A program made the translations under genes and the position numbers. Positions 56,101 through 64,000 of a stretch of DNA of 64,000 nt are shown here, in pieces. Source of the DNA: an uncultured virus (IMG/VR IMGVR_UViG_3300032334_001399) (lineage: Duplodnaviria; Heunggongvirae; Uroviricota; Caudoviricetes); IMG/VR virus record IMGVR_UViG_3300032334_001399. The stretch is one strand, 5' to 3'. The notes under the pieces were generated by a model, which did not search any database, had not been told where the DNA came from, and saw nothing but the letters and a program-made list of their open reading frames with translations. Each line of letters begins with the position of its first letter. The first letter of the stretch is position 1.

Positions 56101-58266
56101 CTTGGTGAGTTTTATGCTGGGGCCAACTCCACTGGTGGTACTAACGCCATCCTGACCGCTGCTCCCACCGCTGTAACGCGGTACTGGCGTGGTGGAACTG
56201 GAACTTGGGACGCAACCACTACAACTAACTGGTCTGCCACTTCTGGGGGTTCTGGCGGGGCTTCTGTGCCTACGTCTGCTGATGCCGTAGTGTTTGACTC
56301 TGCATCTAACGCAACGGCTTATACGGTAACTTGTACTGCTACTCAACTGCGTTGCGCTGCTTTGACCATGGCTGGCCCAGCAACGGGTAACGTCACTTGG
56401 GCTGGATTGGCTCCATTAGCAGTACATGGGAACATTAATTTAGACGTTGGCACAATTACTAGAACCTATACAGGTGCAATCACGTTGAGCGGCAGCTCAC
56501 TAGGTAAAACAATTACAACTAACGGCTTGGTATTAGCATCAGCCATAATAGTAAACGGTGTCGGTTGCGGGTGGACGCTTGGCAGCGCATTAGACATTGG
56601 AGGAGCAACTTTTACAATAACAAACGGATCTTTTAATGTTTTAGCGTCTAATCTTACTGCTTCTCAAATAAGTTCAGACAATGCAAATGCCAGAACTATA
56701 AATTTTGGATCAGGCACAATCACTCTTTCTGGTTCTAACGGTATTTTATTTGGCACCACTGAAACAACCCGTGCAAATCTAACGGTTACAGCAGGGACGT
56801 CTCAAATAAATTTATCAGGATCTTTGTCTAATATTTCTGGAAACAACCAAACATTTTATAATGTTTCATTTACTACAAACGGCACTGGAAGCATAACAAT
56901 CAATGGTTCAAACACGTTTAATAATTTGTCATTTACCGGAATCGGCGCTACTGGATTTAAAAATACTATTACAAGCGGAAATCAAACTATTACCGGTACG
57001 TTGACTTTTTCAGCAGGTAATAACGCAACTTGTCGAATGTCTTTTTTCTCTGACACTCTTGGCACAACCAGAACGTTAACCTGCGCGGCGTTTTCTGGAA
57101 CAGACGTAGACTTCAGGGACATTACGATTGCTGGTGCTGCTGCTCCTGTGTCTGGCACCCGTCTAGGTGATTGCAAGGGTAACAGCGGGATTACATTTCC
57201 TGCTGCTAAAACGGTTTATTGGCGCCCTAATGCAGGCAACAACTGGAGTTCAATTTCTTGGGGTTTGACTCCTACAGGAGCACAAACTGATGCGGCGTTC
57301 CCCCTTGCACAAGACACAGCGGTTATGCAAACTGCTAGCCCATCAAGCGGTAACACCGTAACCATTGATGCTAATTGGCACATTGGCACCATAGACATGA
57401 GTGCCCGTACCAGCAACACAATGACGCTGGCAACTGGATCAACTTCACCTACAATCTACGGCAACTGGATCAACGGAACAGGCACCACGCTATCTGGTAC
57501 GGGAACATTGACGTTTGCGGGGCGTGGTAGTCAAACAATTACAAGTGCGGGTAAAACTTGGACCCAGTCCTTTACAATAAGTAATCCTGGTGGAACTATT
57601 ACTCAACAAGATTCGCTAATTAACTCATTTACCGGGACGGCGTTTATATTTTATGCTGGCACATACGATCTTGGGGGGTACAACGCTACGTTTGCCGGTC
57701 CATTTTCTGCGTCTGGCGCAATATCTAAGACTTTTGCAGTCAATACTGGAACTTTTAGTTCAAGTGCGGCGTCTTTTATCGACGGTTCAACAAGCAGTTC
57801 TTTTCAAATAACTGGGTCTGGAACAATTTCTTTTACTTCCGCATCGGCCAAATCTTTTTTTGTGGGTCTTTTGTGCCCAAATATTACTCTCAATCAAGGC
57901 GGTTCCGGAATATTGTCTATTAGCGGAAACAACACGTTTTACGACATTACCAACACCTACAGCGCAACCGGGGCTACAACTATAGCACTTTCTAATACCA
58001 CGCAAAGGCTTACTCAATTCACAGCTAGTGGCACAGCAGGTAAAATTCTTTCTATTACTGGGTCTAGCTCATCCTCGCCAGGGACTTTAATTATTACTGG
58101 TGCAACTAAACCAAATGTTGATTATGTAAGTATTTTAAATGTTCGCGCATATCCATTAACTGATACTTGGTTTGCAGGATCAAATTCTGTTAATAACGGT
58201 TCATTAGGTTGGACTTTTGCATCTGGTACAGTAGGAAAAAGTAATTTTTTACTATTATTTAGTTAA
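53170..58266 (+). CDS. Very large Gly/Thr/Ser-rich beta-helix-like virion protein with five internal repeats
   Basis: Five units starting YW...W...(SGG)...P...D.(A/V).F; repeated FYNVSFT..NTFNNL.F. Confidence 0.7.
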   Translation: MAQLYWVGGTANWDGIAGTKWASSSGGTGGQPAPGAFDNVFFDANSGPVTVTLTAIVGCLNLNFTGFTGTFAGSTNFSLYAGLTLSSSMTWTNTSTISFSGTGIIPITTEGKTIGPIVLNDPGGRWQLGSAFANSGAITLTNGQFKTNNYALTTSGISSSNSNTRTIDLGSSTVAINGGVGIDFTTSTNLTFNAGTSSISLSSAGVTLAGGNRTFYNVSFTNTTASNVEFIQGANTFNNLTFTGTAAAGFSTIYFYAGQTINGTLSTTGTAGNRRILLRSDTVGIAYTLTINGTPSLTDADFRDLYVIGTAAPIDGTRIGNLRGCSGINFSTPKTVYWNAAASANWSDDVWAATSGGSTSTSNFPLAQDTAIFNNASAGNQLILNSAIGYVPSVDFSARTVTFTVNFFQANTCYGNWTFGSGVTTTSGSTLTFSGRNTQTITSAGIAFSGSIFIDSYGGTVQLADALNNGSNNVFSVTNGTFDTKNYSLTTGGFSSNNSNVRTILFGSSTISIASTVFSLSSTNLTFNCGTSQITMSNSAQFAFTGGSQTFYNVSFTGISFNSIELQGTNTFNNLLFTPYFTDVIKPIIFSANQTINGTLTTAAATAVRRIWFQSNTSGTTRTLTVNSLAATDCDFSDIKIAGTAAGSSPIRAGDCGNNTGITFSSKTVYWNLAGTQNWSAAAWATTSGGTPNINNFPLAQDTAVFDNAGSAGTVNINTAWNLPNLNFSARTSAMTFNHGGYGPTAYGGWAWGSGVTSTATPTGSISFASRGIKTFTSNGVTTGFNVTVNAVTGTLQLGDSLTLGSTNTLTLISGTFDAVTYNVTVGNFLANGSAFPSVLRMGSGSWTLTASGLTPWNISASNFTFYKGTANIFMPITNQFSGFGLSYNKLTLTGSAASSTSFITGNNQFTELASTVTIAHTISLGSTTQTLGAWTVTGTAGNVVTISGTATITIAGARVSGVDYLALGTTTISATSLGEFYAGANSTGGTNAILTAAPTAVTRYWRGGTGTWDATTTTNWSATSGGSGGASVPTSADAVVFDSASNATAYTVTCTATQLRCAALTMAGPATGNVTWAGLAPLAVHGNINLDVGTITRTYTGAITLSGSSLGKTITTNGLVLASAIIVNGVGCGWTLGSALDIGGATFTITNGSFNVLASNLTASQISSDNANARTINFGSGTITLSGSNGILFGTTETTRANLTVTAGTSQINLSGSLSNISGNNQTFYNVSFTTNGTGSITINGSNTFNNLSFTGIGATGFKNTITSGNQTITGTLTFSAGNNATCRMSFFSDTLGTTRTLTCAAFSGTDVDFRDITIAGAAAPVSGTRLGDCKGNSGITFPAAKTVYWRPNAGNNWSSISWGLTPTGAQTDAAFPLAQDTAVMQTASPSSGNTVTIDANWHIGTIDMSARTSNTMTLATGSTSPTIYGNWINGTGTTLSGTGTLTFAGRGSQTITSAGKTWTQSFTISNPGGTITQQDSLINSFTGTAFIFYAGTYDLGGYNATFAGPFSASGAISKTFAVNTGTFSSSAASFIDGSTSSSFQITGSGTISFTSASAKSFFVGLLCPNITLNQGGSGILSISGNNTFYDITNTYSATGATTIALSNTTQRLTQFTASGTAGKILSITGSSSSSPGTLIITGATKPNVDYVSILNVRAYPLTDTWFAGSNSVNNGSLGWTFASGTVGKSNFLLLFS

Positions 58267-58353
58267 TTTATGTTAGTCTTATAACCAATATAGGAGCGCG
58301 CAATAACTATTTATATTGTAAATAAATTTTGTACTTTTTTTAAAAAGGTTTTT

Positions 58354-59043
58354 ATGGCTAATAATTCCGGTAAACAGGTTCGTAAAGCACTACTTCTTGA
58401 ACATAAAAATCCAATTGAAAATGGATTTAAAGAAGTAAAACCACTAAATGAAATTCAAAGTGTATATTTAGACGCTATTAAAAACAATGATATTGTATTT
58501 GGCATTGGCAGCGCAGGCACAGGTAAAACTTATGTAGCTGCTAGTTATGCTGCTGGACTGCTATTTCACCGCAAAATCACAAAAATTATCTTAACTAGAC
58601 CAAATGTAGAAACTGGTCGCGGATTAGGATTTTTACCAGGAAAATTAGACGATAAATACGCTCCTTATTTGCAACCATTTGATCAAGTATTTACTAGAAC
58701 TCTAGGTGCTGGATTTTATCAATATGCCCTAAAAAACCATGATATAGACCCTAAACCTATAGGATTTATGCGAGGTATGAGTTTTGACTATGCCGTAATC
58801 CTAGTAGATGAAGCACAAAACTTAACTAAAACTGAACTTAAAATGTTGTTGTCACGAGTAGGTAAAAACTGCAAAGTCATCTTAAGTGGTGATCCTAAGC
58901 AGGTAGATATTCCAGACAGTGGATTACAAGATGCCGTTGCTAGACTACAAAATATACCAGGTGTTCAAGTAATTAGATTTGAAGACGATGATATTGTACG
59001 TAGTCGTATGTGCAAACAAATTATTTTAGCCTATAACGACTAA
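58354..59043 (+). CDS. phoH: PhoH family ATPase
   Basis: GSAGTGKT, LTRPNVE, LGFLPG, FMRG, VDEAQN, GDPKQVD, DIVRS. Confidence 0.95.
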   Translation: MANNSGKQVRKALLLEHKNPIENGFKEVKPLNEIQSVYLDAIKNNDIVFGIGSAGTGKTYVAASYAAGLLFHRKITKIILTRPNVETGRGLGFLPGKLDDKYAPYLQPFDQVFTRTLGAGFYQYALKNHDIDPKPIGFMRGMSFDYAVILVDEAQNLTKTELKMLLSRVGKNCKVILSGDPKQVDIPDSGLQDAVARLQNIPGVQVIRFEDDDIVRSRMCKQIILAYND

Positions 59044-59045
59044 AC

Positions 59046-59083
59046 AAAAAGCCCCTAAGCATTGCTGCTTAAGGGCTTTTTTT
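59046..59083. terminator. Bidirectional terminator between convergent late and replication transcripts
   Basis: AAAAAGCCC-CTAAGCA-TTGC-TGCTTAA-GGGCTTTTTTT. Confidence 0.85.
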
Positions 59084-59084
59084 A

Positions 59085-59285
59085 TTAACCTAGTTGTTCG
59101 TGAGCGCCTAAATTGTCTTCAATGGTATGTTCAATTACTTTACCACCTTCTTCAGTCATTTGCGCTTGAGCTTGTTCTACAATCTTTTTACTAAGTGGAT
59201 TGCAAATTTTAGCTGGCAATTCCTGTAAACCTTGTAGCACTAGGTTTGCTTCGTCTTCTGTTAATTCAAAATTAAAAGTTTTCAT
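59085..59285 (-). CDS. Small acidic hypothetical protein
   Basis: 66 aa downstream of the RNR gene. Confidence 0.65.
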   Translation of the reverse strand: MKTFNFELTEDEANLVLQGLQELPAKICNPLSKKIVEQAQAQMTEEGGKVIEHTIEDNLGAHEQLG

Positions 59286-59293
59286 ATGTAATA

Positions 59294-61255
59294 TTATCTA
59301 ATTGGGCAAGCACCCGTTGAACAATCTTCGCCAATAATTTCATCAAAACTATTAGCGTCGTCTAAAACGACTGGTTTAAGTTGAGCAATATAGTCTCGGT
59401 AGGTACGTTCGTCTACAACTTCTTGTGGCAGGTATAGGTACCCTAAGTCTTTAGCTGTTTTTGTAGGATCTGTACGATAAATAAAACTTACGCCTACATA
59501 ACAATCCCAGTTATCCATTAGCCAATCAATAATGCTAGTAATCTCACCGGGATCATAACTAATAGTTACTGACGTATTTTGCTGATTCCAGCTGGTTTGT
59601 AGCAATTTATAGCGCTCTAGTTGTGTAACTGCACTTTCTAGGTTGACTTCTTTGCCATCAACTTTATCAAATACTACACCATCCCAGCATACTGGAAAGG
59701 TCACTAACACACCACTATCATCAACTGGATGATTAATTACTAAATAGTTTGCATCACGTAATTTTTCTACAACCGGATCGTGCTTGGAAAACTGCACATT
59801 GTTGAAAATGTATTTACCTAGTGGTTTGTGTACACCTTCAGTAGTATCCATAATCTTGCTAACTGTACCACTAGGTTTAATACAAGTTACATTTTTAGGA
59901 CTTGGTAACCCTAATTCTTGAGCCATTCCTACTGCAGCACTAGTAGCTGTACGTTTTAGGTATTCATAGTCATAACTACCCATATCTGGACGCATTGCAA
60001 TACCAGTTAAACCTACGCCACATAAACGCATAAAGTAGTTGTTTAGGTGCCAAGATTCTTGTAGGATACCGTCTTGTAAGTCAACACAAGTTTGACGATA
60101 ATTAGCACGAGCAGCTAGTCTGATAGCAGCGTGTAAACCGGCATTATCACCCTTAAACTTAGCTAAGTCAGTTTCTGTTAAGTTACAAAAACTCTTGTTA
60201 CCTAGCAAAATTTCTACACAAGGATTTGCGCCTTTAAACCAAGGTGCGCGACGCAGTGCCTCAACTTCATTAATAAAACCTGGCTCCGAACCGCCAGCTT
60301 CCTGCATTAGCTGAAAGATTTTTTCTAGATCTTCGCGCAGTGGTTTTTCTTTAAATACTAGTGAATTATTACTTTGCGTACGATGCTGATTGTTATGCAA
60401 CCACCAATCTTTTTTAGCTACTGCAAATTCTTCCCACTCAGGCTGACCATAGTCAAAAAGAGCGATTTCAGCACTTCTGCGACTACTAAGAATAGTCCCC
60501 AAATGATTAATGATGTCCAGAATATCCATCCTAGTAAGTAGACTATCAGCACGACCATTAAGGATATTGGCAATAGCAGTATATGCAACGCTAATTGCAG
60601 TATCACCTGAAGAAATCCAACCATAACCTTTTAACCTCTCACCTGCGGGACGTAATTGGCTAAAATCGAGAACCAAAGTATCAGCGGGATACTTACCAGC
60701 CATAAGTTTGCCAATACTTTTAGCCCAAGCTTCTGCACTGTCGCCAATTTGTAGTGTCCAAGTTTTAGTTTCACTATCCCAAATTTCCGTATTGTATTCT
60801 AAGCCACCCTTATCTTTACGCTGACTACGAATTGTTTTGATATTTTTAATAGGTTTTGAAAATCCATTAAGTGTACCAACAATAGGTTTAAATCCTACTC
60901 CACAACCTTGTAGCAACAGCCATAGCACATCAACTACATCGTACACAGTTTCTACATGAGTAAAACTACAGTTAAATTGACTAGCTTCACGAGTCTTAGC
61001 TACCTGAGTACCGCCTAACCATAGTGTTCTACCACTCATTAAAACTTTACGGTCAAGCATTAGCTGCTCTAAGTCATAAAGTTCTGCATATTCTTGATCG
61101 TTTAACTCACGACCAAGAGCACGCTCCCATAGCCATGCTTGATGGTCGATTACACGAGCAACTGTTTCTTGCCAAGTTTCAAATTGTTTTCCGTCGTCTG
61201 AAGTTGGCCTGTTATAAGTTCGACGTGTAATTACTTGTGCTCTTGTACTAACCAT
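59294..61255 (-). CDS. nrdJ: Class II (adenosylcobalamin-dependent) ribonucleotide reductase, monomeric RTPR type
   Basis: RRTYNRP, GRTLWLGG, FNCSF, RRSAEI, NPCVEI, FCNLTE, TCIKPSGT, C-terminal CSTGACPIR. Confidence 0.92.
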   Translation of the reverse strand: MVSTRAQVITRRTYNRPTSDDGKQFETWQETVARVIDHQAWLWERALGRELNDQEYAELYDLEQLMLDRKVLMSGRTLWLGGTQVAKTREASQFNCSFTHVETVYDVVDVLWLLLQGCGVGFKPIVGTLNGFSKPIKNIKTIRSQRKDKGGLEYNTEIWDSETKTWTLQIGDSAEAWAKSIGKLMAGKYPADTLVLDFSQLRPAGERLKGYGWISSGDTAISVAYTAIANILNGRADSLLTRMDILDIINHLGTILSSRRSAEIALFDYGQPEWEEFAVAKKDWWLHNNQHRTQSNNSLVFKEKPLREDLEKIFQLMQEAGGSEPGFINEVEALRRAPWFKGANPCVEILLGNKSFCNLTETDLAKFKGDNAGLHAAIRLAARANYRQTCVDLQDGILQESWHLNNYFMRLCGVGLTGIAMRPDMGSYDYEYLKRTATSAAVGMAQELGLPSPKNVTCIKPSGTVSKIMDTTEGVHKPLGKYIFNNVQFSKHDPVVEKLRDANYLVINHPVDDSGVLVTFPVCWDGVVFDKVDGKEVNLESAVTQLERYKLLQTSWNQQNTSVTISYDPGEITSIIDWLMDNWDCYVGVSFIYRTDPTKTAKDLGYLYLPQEVVDERTYRDYIAQLKPVVLDDANSFDEIIGEDCSTGACPIR

Positions 61256-61256
61256 A

Positions 61257-62105
61257 TCAATCCTTACAATAATCTTTTAAAATTTCATCTATTTGTTTGG
61301 TGTTTTCACCTAGTGCATCTTTGCAAAAGGTGACTAGGTCCATAAGTTGATAGTTGAGTAAAATTCTATCACCACTTTGGTTTAGGGTTTTAATGTACTT
61401 TAGTTTACTTTCAATAGGTAGTTCAGCCACTATATCTATTGCAGTGCCATATTCTTGAACTAATTGTTGTGCACGTTTAGGGCCAATACCCTCTACGCCT
61501 AGTACATTATCACCAGTATCGCCCATTAAACACTTTATTGAAATATAGTGTTCATGCGGAAAATCATAGTGTGTATGCCAGTTATTAGCAGTAACTTCCT
61601 TGCGAGTTACATAACTAAATCTACTAATATTATCGTCAATAAGCAAATCCCAGTCTTTGTCGCTAGAAATCAACCAAATGTGACTAACAGCAGGTAAAAG
61701 GTTGTGAATACTAGTGATGTAAGCAGCAATATCGTCAGCCTCAGTTTGTTTAAATTGAATTACAGGATAATCAGTAGTTGTGCGAATATAGTCTAGGCTT
61801 GCTTGATAATCTTCAAAGAACATTTCAAACGCTGCCTTTTCAGCATCAGTTTGTTCAGCAAATTTATCTTTACGATTTTGCTTGTATTCAGGATAAATTT
61901 GTTTTCTGTAGCTGCTACTACCTTGATCCGCTGCTACAACAACCCATTTGGCTTTATAACTTTTCTTTAGGCTTTCAATAGTGCGTAAGTAATCTTCAGC
62001 AAAATTTGTAGCGCCGCTGTGCTTCCAACGAAAAGCTAAGTTAAGTGCATCTACAATTATTAAAGAGTTTTCGTGTTCTGTGACTTGTTTAAATGTTTTA
62101 CTCAT
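61257..62105 (-). CDS. D15: 5'-3' exonuclease/flap endonuclease (T5 D15-like)
   Basis: IVDALNLAFR, YKQNR, EADD, SSDKDW, GDTGDNVLGVEGIGPKRA. Confidence 0.92.
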   Translation of the reverse strand: MSKTFKQVTEHENSLIIVDALNLAFRWKHSGATNFAEDYLRTIESLKKSYKAKWVVVAADQGSSSYRKQIYPEYKQNRKDKFAEQTDAEKAAFEMFFEDYQASLDYIRTTTDYPVIQFKQTEADDIAAYITSIHNLLPAVSHIWLISSDKDWDLLIDDNISRFSYVTRKEVTANNWHTHYDFPHEHYISIKCLMGDTGDNVLGVEGIGPKRAQQLVQEYGTAIDIVAELPIESKLKYIKTLNQSGDRILLNYQLMDLVTFCKDALGENTKQIDEILKDYCKD

Positions 62106-62106
62106 A

Positions 62107-62403
62107 TTATCCTGCAGTTAGTAATCTTATAAAGCCAAATGCGTCAATGGAGACAAGCAGGAAGTAGTTAGCAAGCATACCCAATGAACGACGAGACCAA
62201 GCACACCAGGCATAAATAATACAACTAACAATCCAAGCGGGATAAAGAGCCATAAGTGGAGGGTTTGGTACTGTTCCAGCCATCGTAATAGCACACCCAA
62301 TACTAAGAGTCCAAGCAACCAGTTCAATAACAAAGCGATAACGATTGGATTTGTAATCATTATATATCCAGTCTAAGGTTGGCTTTATTAAAATATTTTT
62401 CAT
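62107..62403 (-). CDS. Small 3-TM membrane protein
   Basis: 98 aa hydrophobic; promoter immediately upstream. Confidence 0.75.
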   Translation of the reverse strand: MKNILIKPTLDWIYNDYKSNRYRFVIELVAWTLSIGCAITMAGTVPNPPLMALYPAWIVSCIIYAWCAWSRRSLGMLANYFLLVSIDAFGFIRLLTAG

Positions 62404-62408
62404 TTAAT

Positions 62409-62437
62409 ATTATACTAAAATTTAAGGTACAAGTCAA
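62409..62437 (-). promoter_or_regulatory. sigma70-like promoter overlapping the D14-like stop
   Basis: Minus strand TTGACT, 17 bp, TATAAT; ATG only 5 nt after the -10. Confidence 0.75.
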
Positions 62438-62892
62438 GTTACAAATTCTGGTCGCTCATAAGTTAACCAGTCCTCAAGTAGCGAAACATAAAAACTATAT
62501 GGTTCTCTAGATATGTAAAAGTGATTGTAAGTTTCTGGTATACAATAATCACTACTAAATGCTACAAATACTTTACTACGATCGTGTTTAAAGATTAGTA
62601 GTGGTAGTTTATTTACTTGTTTTGCTTGACGTAAAGTTTGTTGCCAAAATTCTAGTAATTGTGGTGATTTAGATGTTAATACAGCGCTAGTTAAATGATC
62701 ATCTGCGTATCCTTTAGCTTCAACACAAAATATGTTGTTGCAATTAGGAATATAAAGATCACCTTTTAATCCATGTTTTTCATCTAATGCACCTGAACCA
62801 GGAACCCTCTCCCATGCCAATCTGGTATGTTTACGAAGAAGATCCCTGATAACTAACTCAGTTCTAGCGCCTTTAGCCCTAGAATCAACCAT
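62434..62892 (-). CDS. D14: T5 D14-like PD-(D/E)xK nuclease/Holliday junction resolvase
   Basis: SRAKGARTE, RVPGSGA, LKGDL, VEAK, FWQQT; synteny with D13/D15. Confidence 0.85.
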   Translation of the reverse strand: MVDSRAKGARTELVIRDLLRKHTRLAWERVPGSGALDEKHGLKGDLYIPNCNNIFCVEAKGYADDHLTSAVLTSKSPQLLEFWQQTLRQAKQVNKLPLLIFKHDRSKVFVAFSSDYCIPETYNHFYISREPYSFYVSLLEDWLTYERPEFVT

Positions 62893-63128
62893 TATTCAGT
62901 AACTGGCGATTCTACTGCTGGTGCTGGTCCTTGTACTGTTAAACAGCTAGGATCACCTAAAGTGACCATAGAACCACTATCATCAAGATAAGTTACTGCG
63001 CCGCAAGTAACTGTTAGTGTACTTAATTCTTCTGGATAAATATCATCAAAGTGAAACACTTGACGAGTAAATCCATTAGTATTACTAACTGTTGCAATAC
63101 ATTCTTTACTAGTATAAATTTTAATCAT
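62892..63128 (-). CDS. Hypothetical protein (78 aa, start corrected to 63128)
   Basis: ATG just after the D13-like stop, preceded by GAGGG. Confidence 0.55.
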   Translation of the reverse strand: MIKIYTSKECIATVSNTNGFTRQVFHFDDIYPEELSTLTVTCGAVTYLDDSGSMVTLGDPSCLTVQGPAPAVESPVTE

Positions 63129-63129
63129 T

Positions 63130-64000
63130 TTAACCCTCGATTGTAGAAATGTTGTTTCGTTTAACAACGTGTACCTTTTCCAATAAGGGATGGCTGAATC
63201 CGTGGCTAACGAGTATGGTATTGAGAGATTCTTCTTTAAGTAAGACTTCAATTAGTTTCTCCTTACCATCTACATCTAAAGCTTCTATAGTTTCATCTAA
63301 AATTAATAGATTAATTCTACTCTGACTTAAACTTTGCATTAGTTTACGAATTGCTAATAGTGTTGCCACATTAACTCTGGCTCGTTCACCGCCGCTAAGT
63401 GCTAATATATCAATATCAGTTCCATTATCAGTAATAATTACATTTAATTTATCACTACCACTAATTTGAAAACTGATTTGGAATCTGCCACCACTAAGCT
63501 CACCTAGATATTCATTACTGATTTGTTCTAGGTCTTTAACAAGATTTTCAATTTTATACGCAACTAATCCTGTTGTACTAAAAGTTTTTACTAATGTATT
63601 AATAGTATTTAGTTTTGCAGTTAATTGTTTTGCCGTAGTAGTCCACTCACCAAGTTCTGTTTCCATTTCAACTATTTGAGATTTAACTAACTCTAGTCGA
63701 TTGTTATGTGCAGTTACTTCGTGATTGTATTTTTCTGCTTTAGCAATATCTTGTTTAATACTCTCTATTTGCTTTTGCAAATCTTTTAATTGTTTTTGTA
63801 ATATTGCTTCGTCTAATAGATTTAGGGGTAGCTCTAGATCAATTAATTGATGATATTTTTCCCACTCTTGTTGATTACGTTGTGCTTGATTCCACTTAGC
63901 AAGTTCATTATTATATGTTTTTATTTCCTCTGCCCTTAATGCGCTATTAAGTTTAGATACTATAATAAGTTGATCTTGCTCTGCAATTAAATTTTGAGTT
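63130..64000 (-). CDS. D13: SbcC/Rad50-like recombination ATPase (T5 D13-like), partial; continues beyond the window
   Basis: ABC signature LSGGERARV, Walker B LLILDE, VSH; frame read open from 63999. Confidence 0.9.
   Translation of the reverse strand, partial: TQNLIAEQDQLIIVSKLNSALRAEEIKTYNNELAKWNQAQRNQQEWEKYHQLIDLELPLNLLDEAILQKQLKDLQKQIESIKQDIAKAEKYNHEVTAHNNRLELVKSQIVEMETELGEWTTTAKQLTAKLNTINTLVKTFSTTGLVAYKIENLVKDLEQISNEYLGELSGGRFQISFQISGSDKLNVIITDNGTDIDILALSGGERARVNVATLLAIRKLMQSLSQSRINLLILDETIEALDVDGKEKLIEVLLKEESLNTILVSHGFSHPLLEKVHVVKRNNISTIEG

Noticed and set aside
58267..58353. Pho box or small RNA upstream of phoH
   Set aside because: No CTGTCAT-like 11-bp direct repeats and no convincing structure in this AT-rich spacer
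59294..61255. Intein or intron in nrdJ (also considered for terL)
   Set aside because: Lengths and motif order are continuous with no splicing or homing-endonuclease motifs seen

Overview
A 64 kb segment of a lytic, AT-rich tailed phage genome with a T5-like (Demerecviridae-related) backbone; spanin genes indicate a Gram-negative host. From left to right: (1) leftward pre-early-like genes (T5 A2-like DNA-binding protein, SprT-like protease) with a repeated palindromic promoter module; (2) a rightward late region that opens with a PlcP-like metallophosphoesterase plus Agt-like GT4 glycosyltransferase pair, then terS, two small membrane proteins, terL, Dps, HNH nicking nuclease, portal, a protease-major capsid fusion ORF, neck and tail genes, a -1 frameshifted tail chaperone and a 2674-aa tape measure; (3) about 35 kb of non-T5-type tail tip, fibre and adhesin-like genes containing an embedded lysis cassette, then phoH; (4) convergent leftward replication genes (class II RNR; T5 D15-, D14- and D13-like). 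The strongest candidates for new biology are the phage-borne plcP-agt phosphate-starvation lipid-remodelling cassette coupled to the packaging operon, and a membrane protein/lytic transglycosylase gene split at canonical -1 slippery heptamers (programmed frameshift or 1-bp error). All family assignments come from motif recognition by eye, not database searches. No tRNA, rRNA, CRISPR array, integrase or reverse transcriptase was seen.
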